Below are positions 50,573 to 64,000 of a stretch of 64,000 nucleotides of DNA, piece after piece. The DNA comes from Paraphysomonas bandaiensis (lineage: Eukaryota; Protista; Chrysophyceae), in NCBI GenBank assembly GCA_965644295.1, contig CBFFRP010000072.1:62001-126000 (forward strand), read 5' to 3'. The position numbers and the translations under genes are program-made. Each line of letters opens with the position of its first letter. Within the stretch, counting starts at the first letter, position 1. Under the pieces are notes generated by a model. That model was not told where the DNA came from and did not search any database. It was given only the letters and a program-made list of their open reading frames with translations.

Positions 50573-52871
50573 TTAAACTACTGTGTATAGGACGCTGGCA
50601 GTGGTTGCATTATACAGGCATTGCTGAAGCTCCTCTTCCAACTCGTCTGTCCACACTGATGCACTCATAGATTTTGTGCACACATGCTTTCGTTTTTGTA
50701 ACTCCGCTACTTTTCGTGTAGATCTCTGCGTTGACACGAGTAGTAGGGTATTTCTATTGGCAATGCTATTCTGAACTGCACTAATAATATTGGCCACTAC
50801 ATCTTTGAGTCTACTAGAACAACTATTGTCCTGACTATCCCATTCTGTGCTGTCTAAACCAAGATATGTGAAACTCCTATGATGCACTACATCTTCTCGA
50901 CTCGTCATGACTCTTATCCGCTTCAGCGCCGCTTCTACAGCCTTTGCGTTGTTTGCGTAGCATTGTGTGTCCACCGACCCTCCCACACATGATCGCATAG
51001 TGCCCATACACTCAGCATTAGACCATATGAAGCCGCTTGACACACTCGACGGCAAGCGTGAGACCAATGGCTCACGAAGGTCACTTTCAGATTTAACTCC
51101 AAATGTGGGGCCCATATCTGCTTTGAGAGTCGCTAGTTGTACTGCGGCTCGTGCATCTTCCTCGCTACTATGACCACCCCTACCCTTCTGTATATTCACA
51201 TGTAGATATTCCTTGGCAAGAAACTTTAGCTTATGTCGCAAGGGGTACCCCTTAGGATGGGGATATATAACTGCTGTATCAATACACTTCGCATGACAAA
51301 CCCGCAGTGCCTTTAAATCATTCTCAAGCGAGTGCCCGACCAAAATCGTATTGGCCGTCACGATCCTGAGGAATGCCAGCTGCACCTGCTCCAGACGCAC
51401 TGAGACATCCTGCATAAGCGCAGCGTTGATACCGCTAAATTCCTCTCTATAGTTTAGTATAGGTAAATAAGGTTTCACCAAAGTATCTAACAGCACTCGG
51501 CCATTTTTATCGACTAAAGATAAACGCGTAAGCTCCAATCCGTTGGCAGTATCGCACATCTCGCAGTCAAGGCCGACGAGTTCTAGGGATGCAGACTTGA
51601 GAGGACAGATGTCATCGCCACTATGTCCAGGGGCACAGCGGTGACAGTGGTAGCCAAGAACACCGGCGTTTGCTGTGGTTTGAAAATATATATCCCCTTC
51701 TTCCATTTCCCTCTCCTCGACAGCCAGTTCAACTGCAACTGCCTCCGAATCTCCAGTTTCCACGTCCCCGTTTACGGGCTCCCCGCTGGCCATCCCAGCA
51801 GTAGTTGAAGTATTTTCACTCCCTTGACAGATGCGTTTAGCAGATTTGACACCACCATTCAAACCATTTCCGGAGTAAGGCCTCTTACCCCCAGCTATAT
51901 ATTCCGCTGGAGGACACACACGCACAGTCTCGGAAAAGGACAAATAGCGATGACATTCTGCGAGGTCCGGAACATATCCCTCTAGGACCCCTTTTGTAAC
52001 GCCCTCATTAGATTGCACAGCATCGTCATTCTTGTCATTGCCTTCCACATGAGGGGAGTCGTAAGATTTGGCAGCTGGTGCAGAGGGCACAGGATATCCC
52101 CAGGTGCGCATAGCTGCCTGGCTCAGTACGTATCTGTCATACATAGTGCCTCCACCGACAACAGCAGCAGAATTTTCAGTAGCAGGCTCATCTTCCATCA
52201 GCGGAAGGGTAAGCAATCGCTGGGGAAAGATGTGGAATGGATTCTGAGCCCGTGATATACGTACAGTCACGAGTTCGCTCTCAACACCACACACTGAAAC
52301 CAACATAACGTCATTGCATATTCATTAACATCACAATGCAATACGAAATGAAAAATGCCACACCTGATTGGCTTAATGTCTCTTCATATTCAGACACATG
52401 GATAACAATCACATCCCTGACGAAAGCTCTGTTCCTCACCTATACAGAATTGAGCGTTCCAATGATGACAGCTCCAAGTACACACCTCAAAGTACTTCGG
52501 AATATTAGCCTTTTCATTATATACAGCCTGAAGAAGATCACGTAATTCCTGTGTGTTAATTATAAGAAACACTCTAGAAGAGTCGTGTTGCATCTCACCG
52601 ATGTATTGAGATCATGCTTGCAAGTGCTTCTTGTTGTGTCCGGTACCTTTCGAATACCTGCGCGACCCTATCGACACCCCATGATACTCCTCTCCTTATA
52701 GTGTTACATATATTACCGTGATACCGTATCGGATACACTGCTGGAGCTGTATGAGACAGTCAGTTGATTGAGATCTATATTAACGGATAAGACCTGCTCA
52801 GTTAGTGCCAAGTGACCACCAGAGACCTTCTTGCGATACTTCTTTGCTTTCTTATCATTGGGATCTGACAT
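50573..52871 (-). CDS. DEDDh RNA exonuclease, REXO1/REX1-like, 4 introns
   Basis: Motifs LDCEMC, ELTRLSLV, ILVGHSLENDLKAL, IDTA and HSSEEDA. Confidence 0.88.
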
Positions 52872-54044
52872 CCCGTGTGAGGCTATTAGCTGGAAGGCTA
52901 TAGTGGAATGTGTGTGTGACTTCCTTAAATATGGCAACAATTAACACACACCAATAAAATGGATGTCATTGTACGTGTACTCCTTATGTACACAGCCATG
53001 TACAAAACCCGGTTTTCCAAAATTTTAGGATTTCCAAGAAAATATTTGGGATATTTGTATGATATGTTAGTGATTTCTATATGTTTTACAACATGCATGG
53101 GGTGGCATACTTGTATGCGAGGAAAAAAAACTCTTGTAGTACCAATAATACCGTTCTTCCTACATACTCTATTGTACATACATATACAGTATATAAGCAT
53201 CTATCCACTCACTCCTATTCAAGTGGTCGTATCTTATATCAGTCCGCCCATACAGAGCTCGTCCATATGGTTTGGGTTTGGTATTCATTCTTATTGTTTC
53301 TCGTATGTTACTCTTTTTCTTCTCTGAGACTCTTCTCTGAAGGATTCTTCTTCCAAAGATTCCTCTGTGATGAGAGAAATCACAACTCTTTCATCGATAT
53401 TTTGTTCCTGCTGATTCATTTCATCGATATGAGAAACAATCAGAATGAGTACCAAACCTCATCAAAGAAGAGCAATCAGTGTATATTGACCCAACATTTT
53501 AACACTTGAATTGGAGTGAGTGTATATATATGTGCCTTGTATTGGCTAAACTTGAATTCAATAGCTATATGTTAAAGTGTGTCCATGAGGAGTCATCGAA
53601 ATGTTAGAGTAGGAAGATTCCTTTTCTTACATATTTCATGGTATATGGCGCCTCTTATTGGTAGTACATTTCCCCGGCACGCAGTACGGTACGCCATGCA
53701 TGTTGTGAGTGTTAAACTGCTGCTGTATACTCTGATTGTAACATGGGCAGCTACGCAGTGTAGGGATACGTAAACTTGTATCACTCTACTGAATGACTAT
53801 ATATATTTACACTACGTGACTCAGGTGATGAGCTTAGGAAGACTACAGGCCCATATGATAGAAGCCACTTGCTAATCTAACAGTTTAAATGTACGTATAT
53901 ATAATCATACTGTACATTCACGTACATACATATATATATATAGATATAATAATACATACATATATACTACATATACATATAAATACTATTATGAGCATTA
54001 AACTAACATCGTCATAATATAAATAGTGGACACAATCAGTTATC

Positions 54045-54239
54045 GTGGACAGAATAGAGGAACAGCCGATTAAAAATAATACAGACAAGAATTTACTAAA
54101 TAGAGGAGAGGTTGATGATACGACACCAGTGCGCATTGCATATCTATTTAGTAGTCTTCTTCGACAAGATGCTATAAAGAAGTTTACCATTCCAGGATGT
54201 TCAAACTTATTGACTAGATTGAATGATATTTCCCATTGA
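54045..54239 (+). pseudogene. Possible truncated gene fragment, GT14/xylosyltransferase-like start
   Basis: PVRIAYLF...LLRQDAIKK resembles the GT14 N-terminal strand. The ORF is short and lacks an ATG. Promoter-like TACA/TGCTGT-rich DNA lies upstream. Confidence 0.3.
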
Positions 54240-54719
54240 CTACGCTGTGCTGATTAAACAAAGCGGTGTGTGTTGAGTGTTGAGTACGACGATGATTTAA
54301 GTTCTGTATGAAGTGGTCTTGGAGATATATTTCGATAGTTAAACTCACTCACGGAATTATCATTGCAATAAATCAGTCAGTTAATTATATTTTGCAAAAT
54401 CGTAATAAATCATTAATGAGCAGTGCGGTGTTCTTGCATAAAAATTGATATTAACCTTCAGTATATACTTGCTTTAAATGTTAGTATCGTCACAACTACT
54501 TGTTCACTATACCAGGGGTGTTGAAAGCATCGATTGCTAAGAGTGTATGATATAGATGTTACCAACAATCCCCGGAGAACTGATACATGCACATAGCACA
54601 TAGCGAACACAACTAACCTATTAATCTAAGCTTATTACAAATTGTAACAGGGACCTAGTACATTACAAATATTAAACTCAAGTAGTCTCATACTAATATA
54701 AACATATATTATGAACAAA

Positions 54720-57700
54720 TTATGATACAGGATTCACACCAACAGGTAGCCCATACACAACTGGTGCACTTCCCACTGCTGACTTCATTTTGCACACATT
54801 TCGAGAGTACGAAAGCGATTGAGATATACTATTACCAAACTTCCTATTGCTTTCTTCGTTGAATAAGTTCTCCATACATTGAACAGAGAGCTTATCAATA
54901 TCTTTGTCTGTAACATCCCACAGGTTTCCAACAACCCAAGGAGCTCCACTCAATAAATATGACACAGATGCCCCATACGGGTCATGTATTCCGTTCTTAA
55001 TGAGAGCTCCACTACTACATCCCCACAACATTGCAGCTGGACAACGCAATTTTCGAAGTCTGGCACAAAAATGAATTGAAAACAGGTACATGAAACAATG
55101 CATAACATACTTGTTACTTTTTCCAAAAAGCTTTTCGCCACTCCCATGGCCACAGTAGAGAAAAAGCTCAGAACTTTCGTGATTTTCCCTGTTTACCGAA
55201 GAGTTATGCACTCACAGCGATGCATCGCCTGATTACCTGATCATGTCATCTGGAGGACGCTCACCAACATAACCTCTCCACCTCCATTTCGTGGCATAAG
55301 GTTCAAGGAATGTCATCATTGTAGACCGCGTTCTATGCAGATTGTCGTCCGGATCAACAGCATACCAACAACGTGCTAAGGAGATTAGAGAATTTTTCTT
55401 TGAGCTTTCAACATGTCCAGAAGTTTTAGAGGGAGCAGCAACAACAGACTCAGAATCGCTTCGACCGTGCAGCAGCAGCAAATTAAGCAATACTGCCAAT
55501 CCGGGTACTCGAGAGCAACTGTGCTTCCTGAGACATGGGAGAGTCTCCCACGGTAAAGCCTGCATCGCCTCGTCCAGAATCAACACCACATGACCAACTT
55601 GGTTACTGTCTTCAATTTCCAACTTCTCAGTTTGTTTATTGTTGTGCGTGTCATCACTAGTTACTTCCACCTTTGACGCACCGTCTTCCCCCGTAGCTGT
55701 ACGACTCGCTGTTAAGATTAATGCCTGACAGAGTCTTTCCACAAGATCTGCTTTTTTGCCTGATGTTTCCAACCCAGCGTCCTTCAGTTCTTGTCTCAGT
55801 TCAACTACCTTCATCCTACCCACTCGCTCTCTGATAGCGCTCTCGTCAACCTCCTTCGATGCACAATATTCATTAGAAGCTTGACTTTCAGTCCGGGACA
55901 ATTCTGTTATTACATCTGGTCGAATTAAATCAACCACTTCGATCGCCCTTTGAAGAATTTTTCTTGATATTTCTTCAGACATCTCAGCTCCATCAAGGAC
56001 ATACCCCATTGCACACATCAGCACTTCACTCACGGCCGTGACACAGTCACATTTATCCAATCCAGCTATTTCTGAAGTGATAAACCTCACCCATACCAAT
56101 ATCCCATTTATAATATCATTCGTATCAGATGTTTTACACGTAAATTGCAGTTTCTTGCTGCTCTTAGCTTTTCCTTTACCCCCTCTAGTCCTACCGGACG
56201 TGCATAACGTTCGCGAATCAATAAGATCTTGAAACACCTCGCGCACTGCATTCTCTTTGTCATCAAAAGTACACTGATCAAGCTGAAGCGGTGGAGAGAG
56301 TATACACCTCCACACTCCAAGAATATCCTGAACTTGCTCCAAAAACTTAGCCATTCTCATATCCAAGTTCTCACGACCATGCCACCATTTCAACTTATCG
56401 GAATCAGTCCAATTTTTAATAACATCAGCGCTGCTGGTCGACTGTAACTGTGATTTATTGACTTCAATTATATCATCCCACTCTTTCAAGGCTGCGAGGA
56501 GTGCATCGTACTTCGGAATAGCTACTACCAGCGGAAATGACGACAAATCTTTCCTCCCCAACAGTATACGATGCGAACTGTGATCTAAAGATATAAAGCA
56601 CGTAGAACAGACGTCACATTTCTGGTTGGATGCACCATTCCATGCATCCAGCATACCGTTGATAGCAAGAAGACTCGATGTGTTACCACAACAGGCGGAA
56701 CGAACAAGTTCACATGCTGTATTGAGATGTGCATTCCTTTCTGACGAGGAGTCAGACTTAAACTCCAGTGAACATTCTACAGTAGTACCACACGATCCAG
56801 CACCCAAGACGAAAGATAATAGAGACTGCGCAAAACACTTACCAAGAGATTCGCACAGTCTATCTTCAGAAGCAAGGGCGGTCCCAGAGGTATAGATTGA
56901 AAGGGAAGGGAGCAAGACATCTACTGCAGCTCGCCTTCGCATATCTCTTACGACATCAAAGCACTCCCCAGCGAGAATACTTTTTCCAGAAAAAGCACGT
57001 GATATACGCTCGTTGATAATAGAGTTATTTACACCACTAAATCCCGAAAAGACATGTGAAGAATGATACATATCTGATAATTCACATAACTTGCGTTTTA
57101 AACTTTCAGCCACAAAAGCACGAATTGGTTTCGGCAAGCATGTGTTATACTGGAGCGTAGCAACTTCGGTCGCCCCTAAATCGACCCTATAAGGCGTCAA
57201 GTCCCAATAATAGAACAATCTACGGTAGTTCAGTGCATCGACGGAGGCACAGTCCACAGAGCCGTTTACGATTAACTTTTCCAATGAACGAGCCGCAGCT
57301 TCAATAAGATTATCAATATCAAGGGTAATTATTCCTTTAACTCCTTTATGCGTTAAAGAACATAAATTTTCGAGTTCAGTCGACAGCTTCGCTGACTCTG
57401 ACCGATGAAGAACCCTCAAAGTATGTAGGGAACATATGTTCCGATAGACACCTGGTATCGCCTGACCCAGCGCTTTCGCTTCAGCAAGATACGATAAACA
57501 CTTTTCAAATGCGCCCGACATCTCCAGGAGATCAGCTACATGCAAATAAGTGTCTAGTAGAAGCGGACTCGAATCGACACTCGCTGTGTGGCTACTACCA
57601 GGTCCCTTCGCATTCAACGCGCATTTAGCCCACACCAATGCCTGGGAGTGGGAGCCAAGAACCCATAGACATATCTTGCTACTGTAGAGACACACCCAAT

Positions 57701-60653
57701 ATGAAAGGATATGGAGTTTGAGCATTCGAAGCTCCTTGAATACCTTCTCAGCTACGCTACTGAACACTGAATACTTTGATTCAAGTGTAGCTTCGATACT
57801 ACATGAATCAACCAAAGCTAGTAATTCCGTTCCAATATCATATAGTTTATAGACACTTCTAGACCATTCTGAGTGATCCCCAGTAATTTCCCTGACTCGA
57901 TCTTCATGATTCCTCACCCCACTACTGGCACAAGTCATTAACAATGTACACTTCATATGCAACACAAGATGTTCCCATTTCTTTCTTCCAATTTCATCTG
58001 AAGAGCAAGACTCTAATTTTCCTGCAAGATTTTGTAGCATGCATATCTGTGCATCCACACACCCTTGGATCCCTAGATGCGAGAAGAGCTGATAGGTATC
58101 TGGTACTGCATTGAATGATCCAATTGTCGTTGGCTCAGAAAAAGAATCACGCCACAGCTCAAGAGTGGAGAAGAGTAAGCTTTGAATAGTAGGGTTGTCA
58201 GAGGTGTCTTCGTATTGAGCAAACTTCCACCGCAAAAGTAATACACAGCATTGACACCTCTGGCGAACTGAAAGAGAAAATTTTTTTAGAACGGATTCTA
58301 CATATTCGGTGGCTTCAGTATTAGTTCTTGAAGGAATTAAAAAATGTTCCAAATCTTTCACTGCCTGATGATATCTGTCGTAGATGTCGCCACTTTTTCC
58401 TTCCCACATGCACGTGGACAACGCAGTTAATCGAAATATATACACATCACTGTCCGGCACAAAGCTATACGATTCAAACAAATCAGTGATAAACTGTACT
58501 GTCCTCTCTATAATTTCGGAATCACATGTGCGATGATGTTCCTGCAAGCTGGTACACAGCTCTTCGAACACATCAGACAAAAAAGTCTCTGAAGGCAAAA
58601 TGCTTCTACATTCTTTCAAAGAACTCACGTGAACTCTCGCTACTAACAACTGAGGACAGTTACCGTCGCTTAGATGCCGGGAAGCATATTCAATCATGCA
58701 CCGTGAATATAGCTTACTTAGTCGCTGTTGACTCTCAGGAGGTGCACTCAACTCGCAGCAAAGAGGTAAACTGAAGTGCAGCAACGAAGCCGCCTCGTCA
58801 ACACATTCATTCTTCAACCACAAAGTCACCAGCTGAGTGAGCATAGAATAAATAACACATCCAAGAGCCTCTCGACATTGCAGCCGTTTGGTCTCATCCA
58901 TTTGTCCTGTTTTTTCAGTGCTTCCAACAAGGGTGGCCACTGAAGAGATAAAACTGAAAGCAGATTCGCTAAGAGCAATATTCCACTCATTTCGGAGACT
59001 TTTATCCGAATCTCCAACGAACTTCGTTAGACCCGATATAAAGTACTTAAACATCGTTTCACTCCAGGAAGTATCTAGGTATTCCCAACTAAGACAAGCC
59101 GAGAAAGCTGTCATGGAAAGTGACAATAACTGCACCACAACAACTGGGTGCATATCACACGAACTAGCCTTGAGGAAACATGATGCAAGCAGTTTCGTTG
59201 CAAAGTCTCCACAAACAGTAGCACTACCACTTCCTTCATTATCAGATTTTACGAACTGCTCAATGATAACCCTAAACCCATTCGAAATCGGTGCGTTTGC
59301 ACCACTAGGACTAGTCTCGAATTCAGAGCTCTCAGTAACCATAACTGATACGCATAATTTGCTGATGAGGGTTTTGTCAGCTGTCCGTAGCTCAGCATAA
59401 GGAATAGTCAATACGCTATTCACATCTCTATGATGTGTATCTGTAGATATATCATGATTCTCATATTCAAGGATGAGCTTTACCAGCTCCCACTGCCATG
59501 TGGTTTGATGCATAGCATGTCTAGTACACCACATCCGGACAAAGTCACATGCTATTCGCCAACCAGTATCAGCACAACCAGTTCCTTTAAGTGCTCCAGA
59601 TATAGCACGTGACTTAAGCTCATATGCCCAATACAGAGCCATGCGGGCAGTCAGGCTACTCTGAGATACAGATTCACACGAATCACTATTTCGCGACTTC
59701 ACATTCTCAGCCAGAGAAGACAGAAACTCCACCGTCTGAGAACATAAAAGCTTCAGCTGATCCGTTCGGCCGGACTTCACAAGAGTAACCATTTGGTGGG
59801 TGATCTACAATATAATACTTAGTGCGGATAGGCAACTCAGAGAGCACATACCGTTTCCAGTGTATCTCCAACTATACGGGAGGAAAAATCAGGGGATAAC
59901 GCTGCAAACAACTGCACCCTCACCGCACGAGACATGCCTACATCTCCATCAGACATATCTGCCATTGCGCACCAAGTAGAAGCAGCATCCAAGGTATGAG
60001 CTCTAATAGCTGCTCCAGATACCGTGTCTGCACATACTTTCGACATGATGTTCTCTGTAAGGGAAACTTGAATGCAACGCCCAACACACTCCATATCCGC
60101 CTTACTAGCACCCCGAGGAGAAGATTTCAAAACTCGGGGTAACCCCGCAATTAAACTGACCAGAACCTGGATCATTTTCCACGTATTGCTCTCGCAATCA
60201 GGGCGGTCACAGACGCTTCCTGCACATTGCGCACAGGCTTCCACAAGCTGCAGTAGTCCTCGTCCCTGTATAATAGGTAACGAAATTGGAGAAAATATAT
60301 ATTGTACACAAAACCTCCACTATTGAAGTCGCTTTGGCTAAAGTAAAAGTTAAAAGTTTGCAGTATTTCGCCAATGTTCCTTGAGGGGCAGCAGGCAGAG
60401 CAGATGCCATAGCAGTGGACAGCCCAACGATACATCGACACCATTTGTTCTTAGTATTCGGCTTGTCTTGACTCCATAACTTCAATATTTTACTTAACGC
60501 ACTATGAATTGTGGTACATATGTCAGTTGGTTTCGCTTTATATATGTATGAATGAAGCTCTGGTAGAAAACTTTCAATTGAATTACAACACAGCTGAGTG
60601 TCTGTAATATCCCCTTCTAGAAGAGACTTCACCTTCTTGTGTACATCACTCAT
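54720..60653 (-). CDS. ESP1: Separase (peptidase C50) with an internal SAP domain, 4 introns
   Basis: WW..R..LD, LILDEAMQALPWE, SRVP, YAVDPDDNL..T, catalytic YCGHGSG and LWGCSSG, VGNLWDVTDKDID and VVYGLP. The start codon is uncertain. Confidence 0.92.
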
Positions 60654-61277
60654 GATTGAATTAATTTCTTCCTCAAGAGGTGACACGGAACTCTACATAT
60701 CATAGAATAACATGCATGAGGATGTTTAATGAACTCTAGAACTGGAAATTTGAACTCTGTATGATATATCCGGTACCGGCTACAATAATAATGGATGTTG
60801 TGTACTCCACAGAATAATACGTACGAATATATGTGGTGGTATGTCAGTTGGATGAAAGCTCCTGCTGGTGCTGTATGTAGTGATGTGCTATATTGGATTT
60901 ATGATCAAAACTTGGAAGGCAATTTTCGCAAATTTCGGAATTCTGAGTACAAGAAAAATAAAAAACATGCGTTTTTTATACTTTTATTGCTATGGATATA
61001 CAGCAGTAGGTATGAATCTGGAGGGTATGGAAACTCTCTAAAAAAATGGAATGCTGATTTGAGAGAAAAATGTGGCTAAAAAATCATATTCGTGCGTGCG
61101 ATGCTGTTGGTAGCAAGCGCTTCCACACACAGTAACAATATTAGCATACATGACTTGGGGATATTTTGATCATAATAATTATAACAAAGTGTGTTCATAG
61201 GTATTAATATACCATAATACGACACGGGTTTGCAAATTTGTTGAGTTTGAGCCCTGAATTACGAAGGATAGTTCACG

Positions 61278-64000
61278 ATGTGGCGAAGTGTAAGAGCTAA
61301 TTGGAAGGGTAGGCACTACATCAACTGAAATATATATATATTCATATTGTCGTGTGTATATTTAGGAATCGCAAGGGTGTCTTGTCTAAATAAGCCGTCC
61401 TCACATGGCCCAAAGTTTGCGGTGGCGAGATTTTCAACGGAAGTGGATTCCTTTCTTTCTGGATCGAGTTCAGTGTATGTCGATCAAATGTATAGTGCAT
61501 GGAAAAAAGACCCCAAGAGGTGCTATACTTTTATTTAACTTTTCGTTGAATAAAATAATTTGTTTATAGCGTCCATTCTTCGTGGGCGGCATATTTCACC
61601 AATCAAGATGCAGGGTTAAGTGTAGAGGAATCTTTTTCATCCCCCGGGGCTGGTGGCTCCATCCAATCATCTCATCGTGATGGAAAAGTTGCATCTGATA
61701 CCCTTGCTTTGGCTTATTTAATTCGTGCCTATCAAGTTCGTGGGCATGAAGTAGCAAATCTGGACCCTTTAGGGCTACATTCTTTCCGCGATTCTAATGG
61801 TGCTCCTGCCGAGTTGGACTATCGCTACTACGGCTTCACCGAGGACGATTTGGACAGAAAGTTGAATTTAATGGCTAACGTTAGTGGTGGTCACACAGGC
61901 TTCTTGGAGCAGCTTCGATCCACGGAGAGCATAACACTGCGTCAAGTATTAGCTGAACTTAAGAAAACATATTGCGGTGATTTAGGAGTGGAGTATATGC
62001 ATATTGGATCTCGTGAGAAATGCAACTGGATTCGTAGTAAAGTCGAGCAGCCGAAATGGTTGAAATATGAACGTGAAACCATACTGCATATTTATGAACG
62101 CCTTTGCTATGCGGATCGTTTTGAAAAGTTTTTGGGCAATAAGTTCAACACTGCAAAGCGATTTGGCGTGGAGGGCGCTGAAAGCTGCATCACTGGGATG
62201 AAGAGCTTGATTGACAGGGGGTCTGAATTGGGGATTGAAACTTTTGTGTTGGCTATGCCTCACCGAGGCCGCTTAAACGTGCTTGCTAATGTTCTACGAA
62301 AGCCTATGCCTCTTATTTTCAAAGAATTCGAGGGAACGCACTATGATTTGGAAGAATATATGGACAATGCCTTCTCTTACTCTAGCGATGTGAAGTATCA
62401 CCTTGGGACATCGATGGACCGGACTTATCCTGACGGTCGCAAAATTCACTTGTCGTTGTTACCGAATCCTTCTCACTTAGAGGCAGTAGATCCTGTGGCG
62501 GCGGGCAAGACCCGTGCTAAACAATTTTTCTCCGGTAACCGGGAGGAAGATAAGCTGAAGCATATGGCGGTAGTTATGCATGGGGACGCTGCATTTGCTG
62601 GCCAGGGAGTCGTTTACGAAACCATGCAGCTTTCTCGTGTACCTGATTTTGCCGTTGGCGGTACAGTTCATGTTATCGTTAATAACCAGGTTGGGTTTAC
62701 GACGAACCCAGATAATGCACGCTCCACGATGTACTCATCTGATCTGGGCAAGGCGTTCAACATCCCCATTTTCCACTGCAACGGTGACGATCCTCTCGCT
62801 GTGAGCACGGCATTTGAAATGGCTGTGGAGTGGCGCCAACAGTATGGTGAGGATTGTATTATTGATGTGGTTTGTTACCGACGATATGGTCATAATGAGC
62901 TGGACCAACCCATGTTCACACAACCTGAGATGTACAACATAATTTCAGGTCATCCTGATGCAACCACTGTTATGGAAAATCGCATGCTTGCCCAGGGAAA
63001 GGCCACTAAAGAAGAACTAGATGCTATCAAAAAGAAGGTCGATGAAACCTTGGAAGCCGAATTTGCGGCGTCAAAAACATGGCCTAACCCGAAGGATTCA
63101 GATTGGCTGACAACTAAGTGGAAGGGGTTTAAGTCGCCCCGACAACTGTCACTTATACGTGAAACTGGTTACGATATCAACAAGTTGAAGGAAATTGGTC
63201 TGAAAGCTACTGAAGTGCCAGAAGACTTTACCCTCCACAAACAGTTGAAAAAGATTTATAATGCACGGAAGAAAGTGATTGAGGAAGGTAAAGGTATCGA
63301 CTGGGGTACTGCCGAAAGTTTAGCTTTTGGTACGTTGCTTATGGAAGGCAACCACGTTCGCTTGACCGGTCAAGATGTTCAGCGGGGTACATTTTCACAT
63401 CGTCATGCTGTAGTGGTTGATCAGAATTCGGGTGAACTCTATACTCCATTGAATCATTTGGCGAAATTTAGATCTACCTCTGACAATTTAAAATGTGATG
63501 GGGAAACACAGGCGGAATTCACTTGCCGTAACTCCATATTATCTGAATTTGCTGTGCTTGGTTTTGAACATGGCTATTCTCTGGAGAACCCTAATATGCT
63601 AGTTGTGTGGGAAGCTCAATTTGGTGACTTCGTCAATGGGGCTCAGGTCATGATCGATCAATTTATTACTTCAGGAGAAGATAAATGGCTGCGTCAGTGT
63701 GGTCTCGTAATGCTTTTACCTCATGGCTATGATGGTCAAGGGGCTGAGCACTCAAGCTGTCGTGTAGAAAGATTCCTACAAATGGTTAACGAAGATTCTG
63801 ATGTTGTTCCCTGTATGACCAAGGGGGAGAGAATGCAGATTCAGACTTGTAATATGCAGATAGTGAATTGCACAACTCCTGCTAATTACTACCACGTGCT
63901 TCGTCGCCAAGTTCACAGAGAATTCAGAAAGCCACTTATTGTTGTGTCTCCAAAGAGTTTACTCCGAGAGAAGAAATGTACATCGAGTTTGGAAGAAATG
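61278..64000 (+). CDS. OGDH: 2-oxoglutarate dehydrogenase E1 component, mitochondrial; runs off the window end, so it is absent from the ORF track
   Basis: Transit-like exon 1; FLSGSSSVYVDQMYSAWKKDPK|SVHSSW, LIRAYQVRGHEVANLDPL, KRFGVEGAE, MPHRGRLN, HGDAAFAGQG, WEAQFGDF and LLPHGYDGQGAEHSS. Confidence 0.97.

Noticed and set aside
53200-53420. Acidic, coding-like minus-strand fragment (MNQQEQNIDERVV...) perhaps from a transposase N-terminus
   Set aside because: It is short, stop-interrupted and has no diagnostic motif.
61982-62923. Short ORFs listed in the track over this interval
   Set aside because: They are shadow or alternate-frame ORFs of the OGDH coding exon.
1-64000. Alternative genetic code, stop readthrough or Introner-type repeated introns
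   Set aside because: All in-frame stops I checked are explained by ordinary introns, genes end in TAA, TAG or TGA, and intron sequences are not similar to each other.
1-64000. tRNA, rRNA or CRISPR arrays
   Set aside because: None recognised. The DNA is eukaryotic, and I saw no regularly spaced repeat-spacer structure.

Overview
Eukaryotic nuclear DNA from a compact genome with short (mostly ~45-65 nt) spliceosomal introns. Gene content suggests a flagellated protist, probably a stramenopile (inference). About 22 protein genes were reconstructed by splicing by eye, using the standard genetic code. They include kinesin-14, dynein LC4, CPPED1, GT64, an SQD2-like GT4, TRAP-beta, SLBP, SRP receptor alpha, a 4-repeat Myb, FNTA, JmjC, an EF-hand NCKX, a J-domain membrane protein, asparaginase, CFAP161, GT8, an MTHFR-like protein, a REXO exonuclease, separase and OGDH. 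Most genes sit in head-to-head pairs whose spacers carry a recurrent TACTGCTGT motif. Transposon debris lies in the other spacers. The most unusual signal is a set of three 5'-truncated, poly(A)-less retro-like inserts (9251-9679, 28721-29231, 41570-41860). The first is otherwise dissimilar to the other two, yet all share a covarying structured RNA motif and a TAATAAT(C/A)AGACTTTC 3' end. One is flanked by a 71-bp direct repeat and another is nested inside a hAT element. Other highlights are a SAP domain inserted in separase, a Myb gene with an intron at the same codon in every repeat, and two GC-AG introns. All calls come from reading the sequence; no searches were run.
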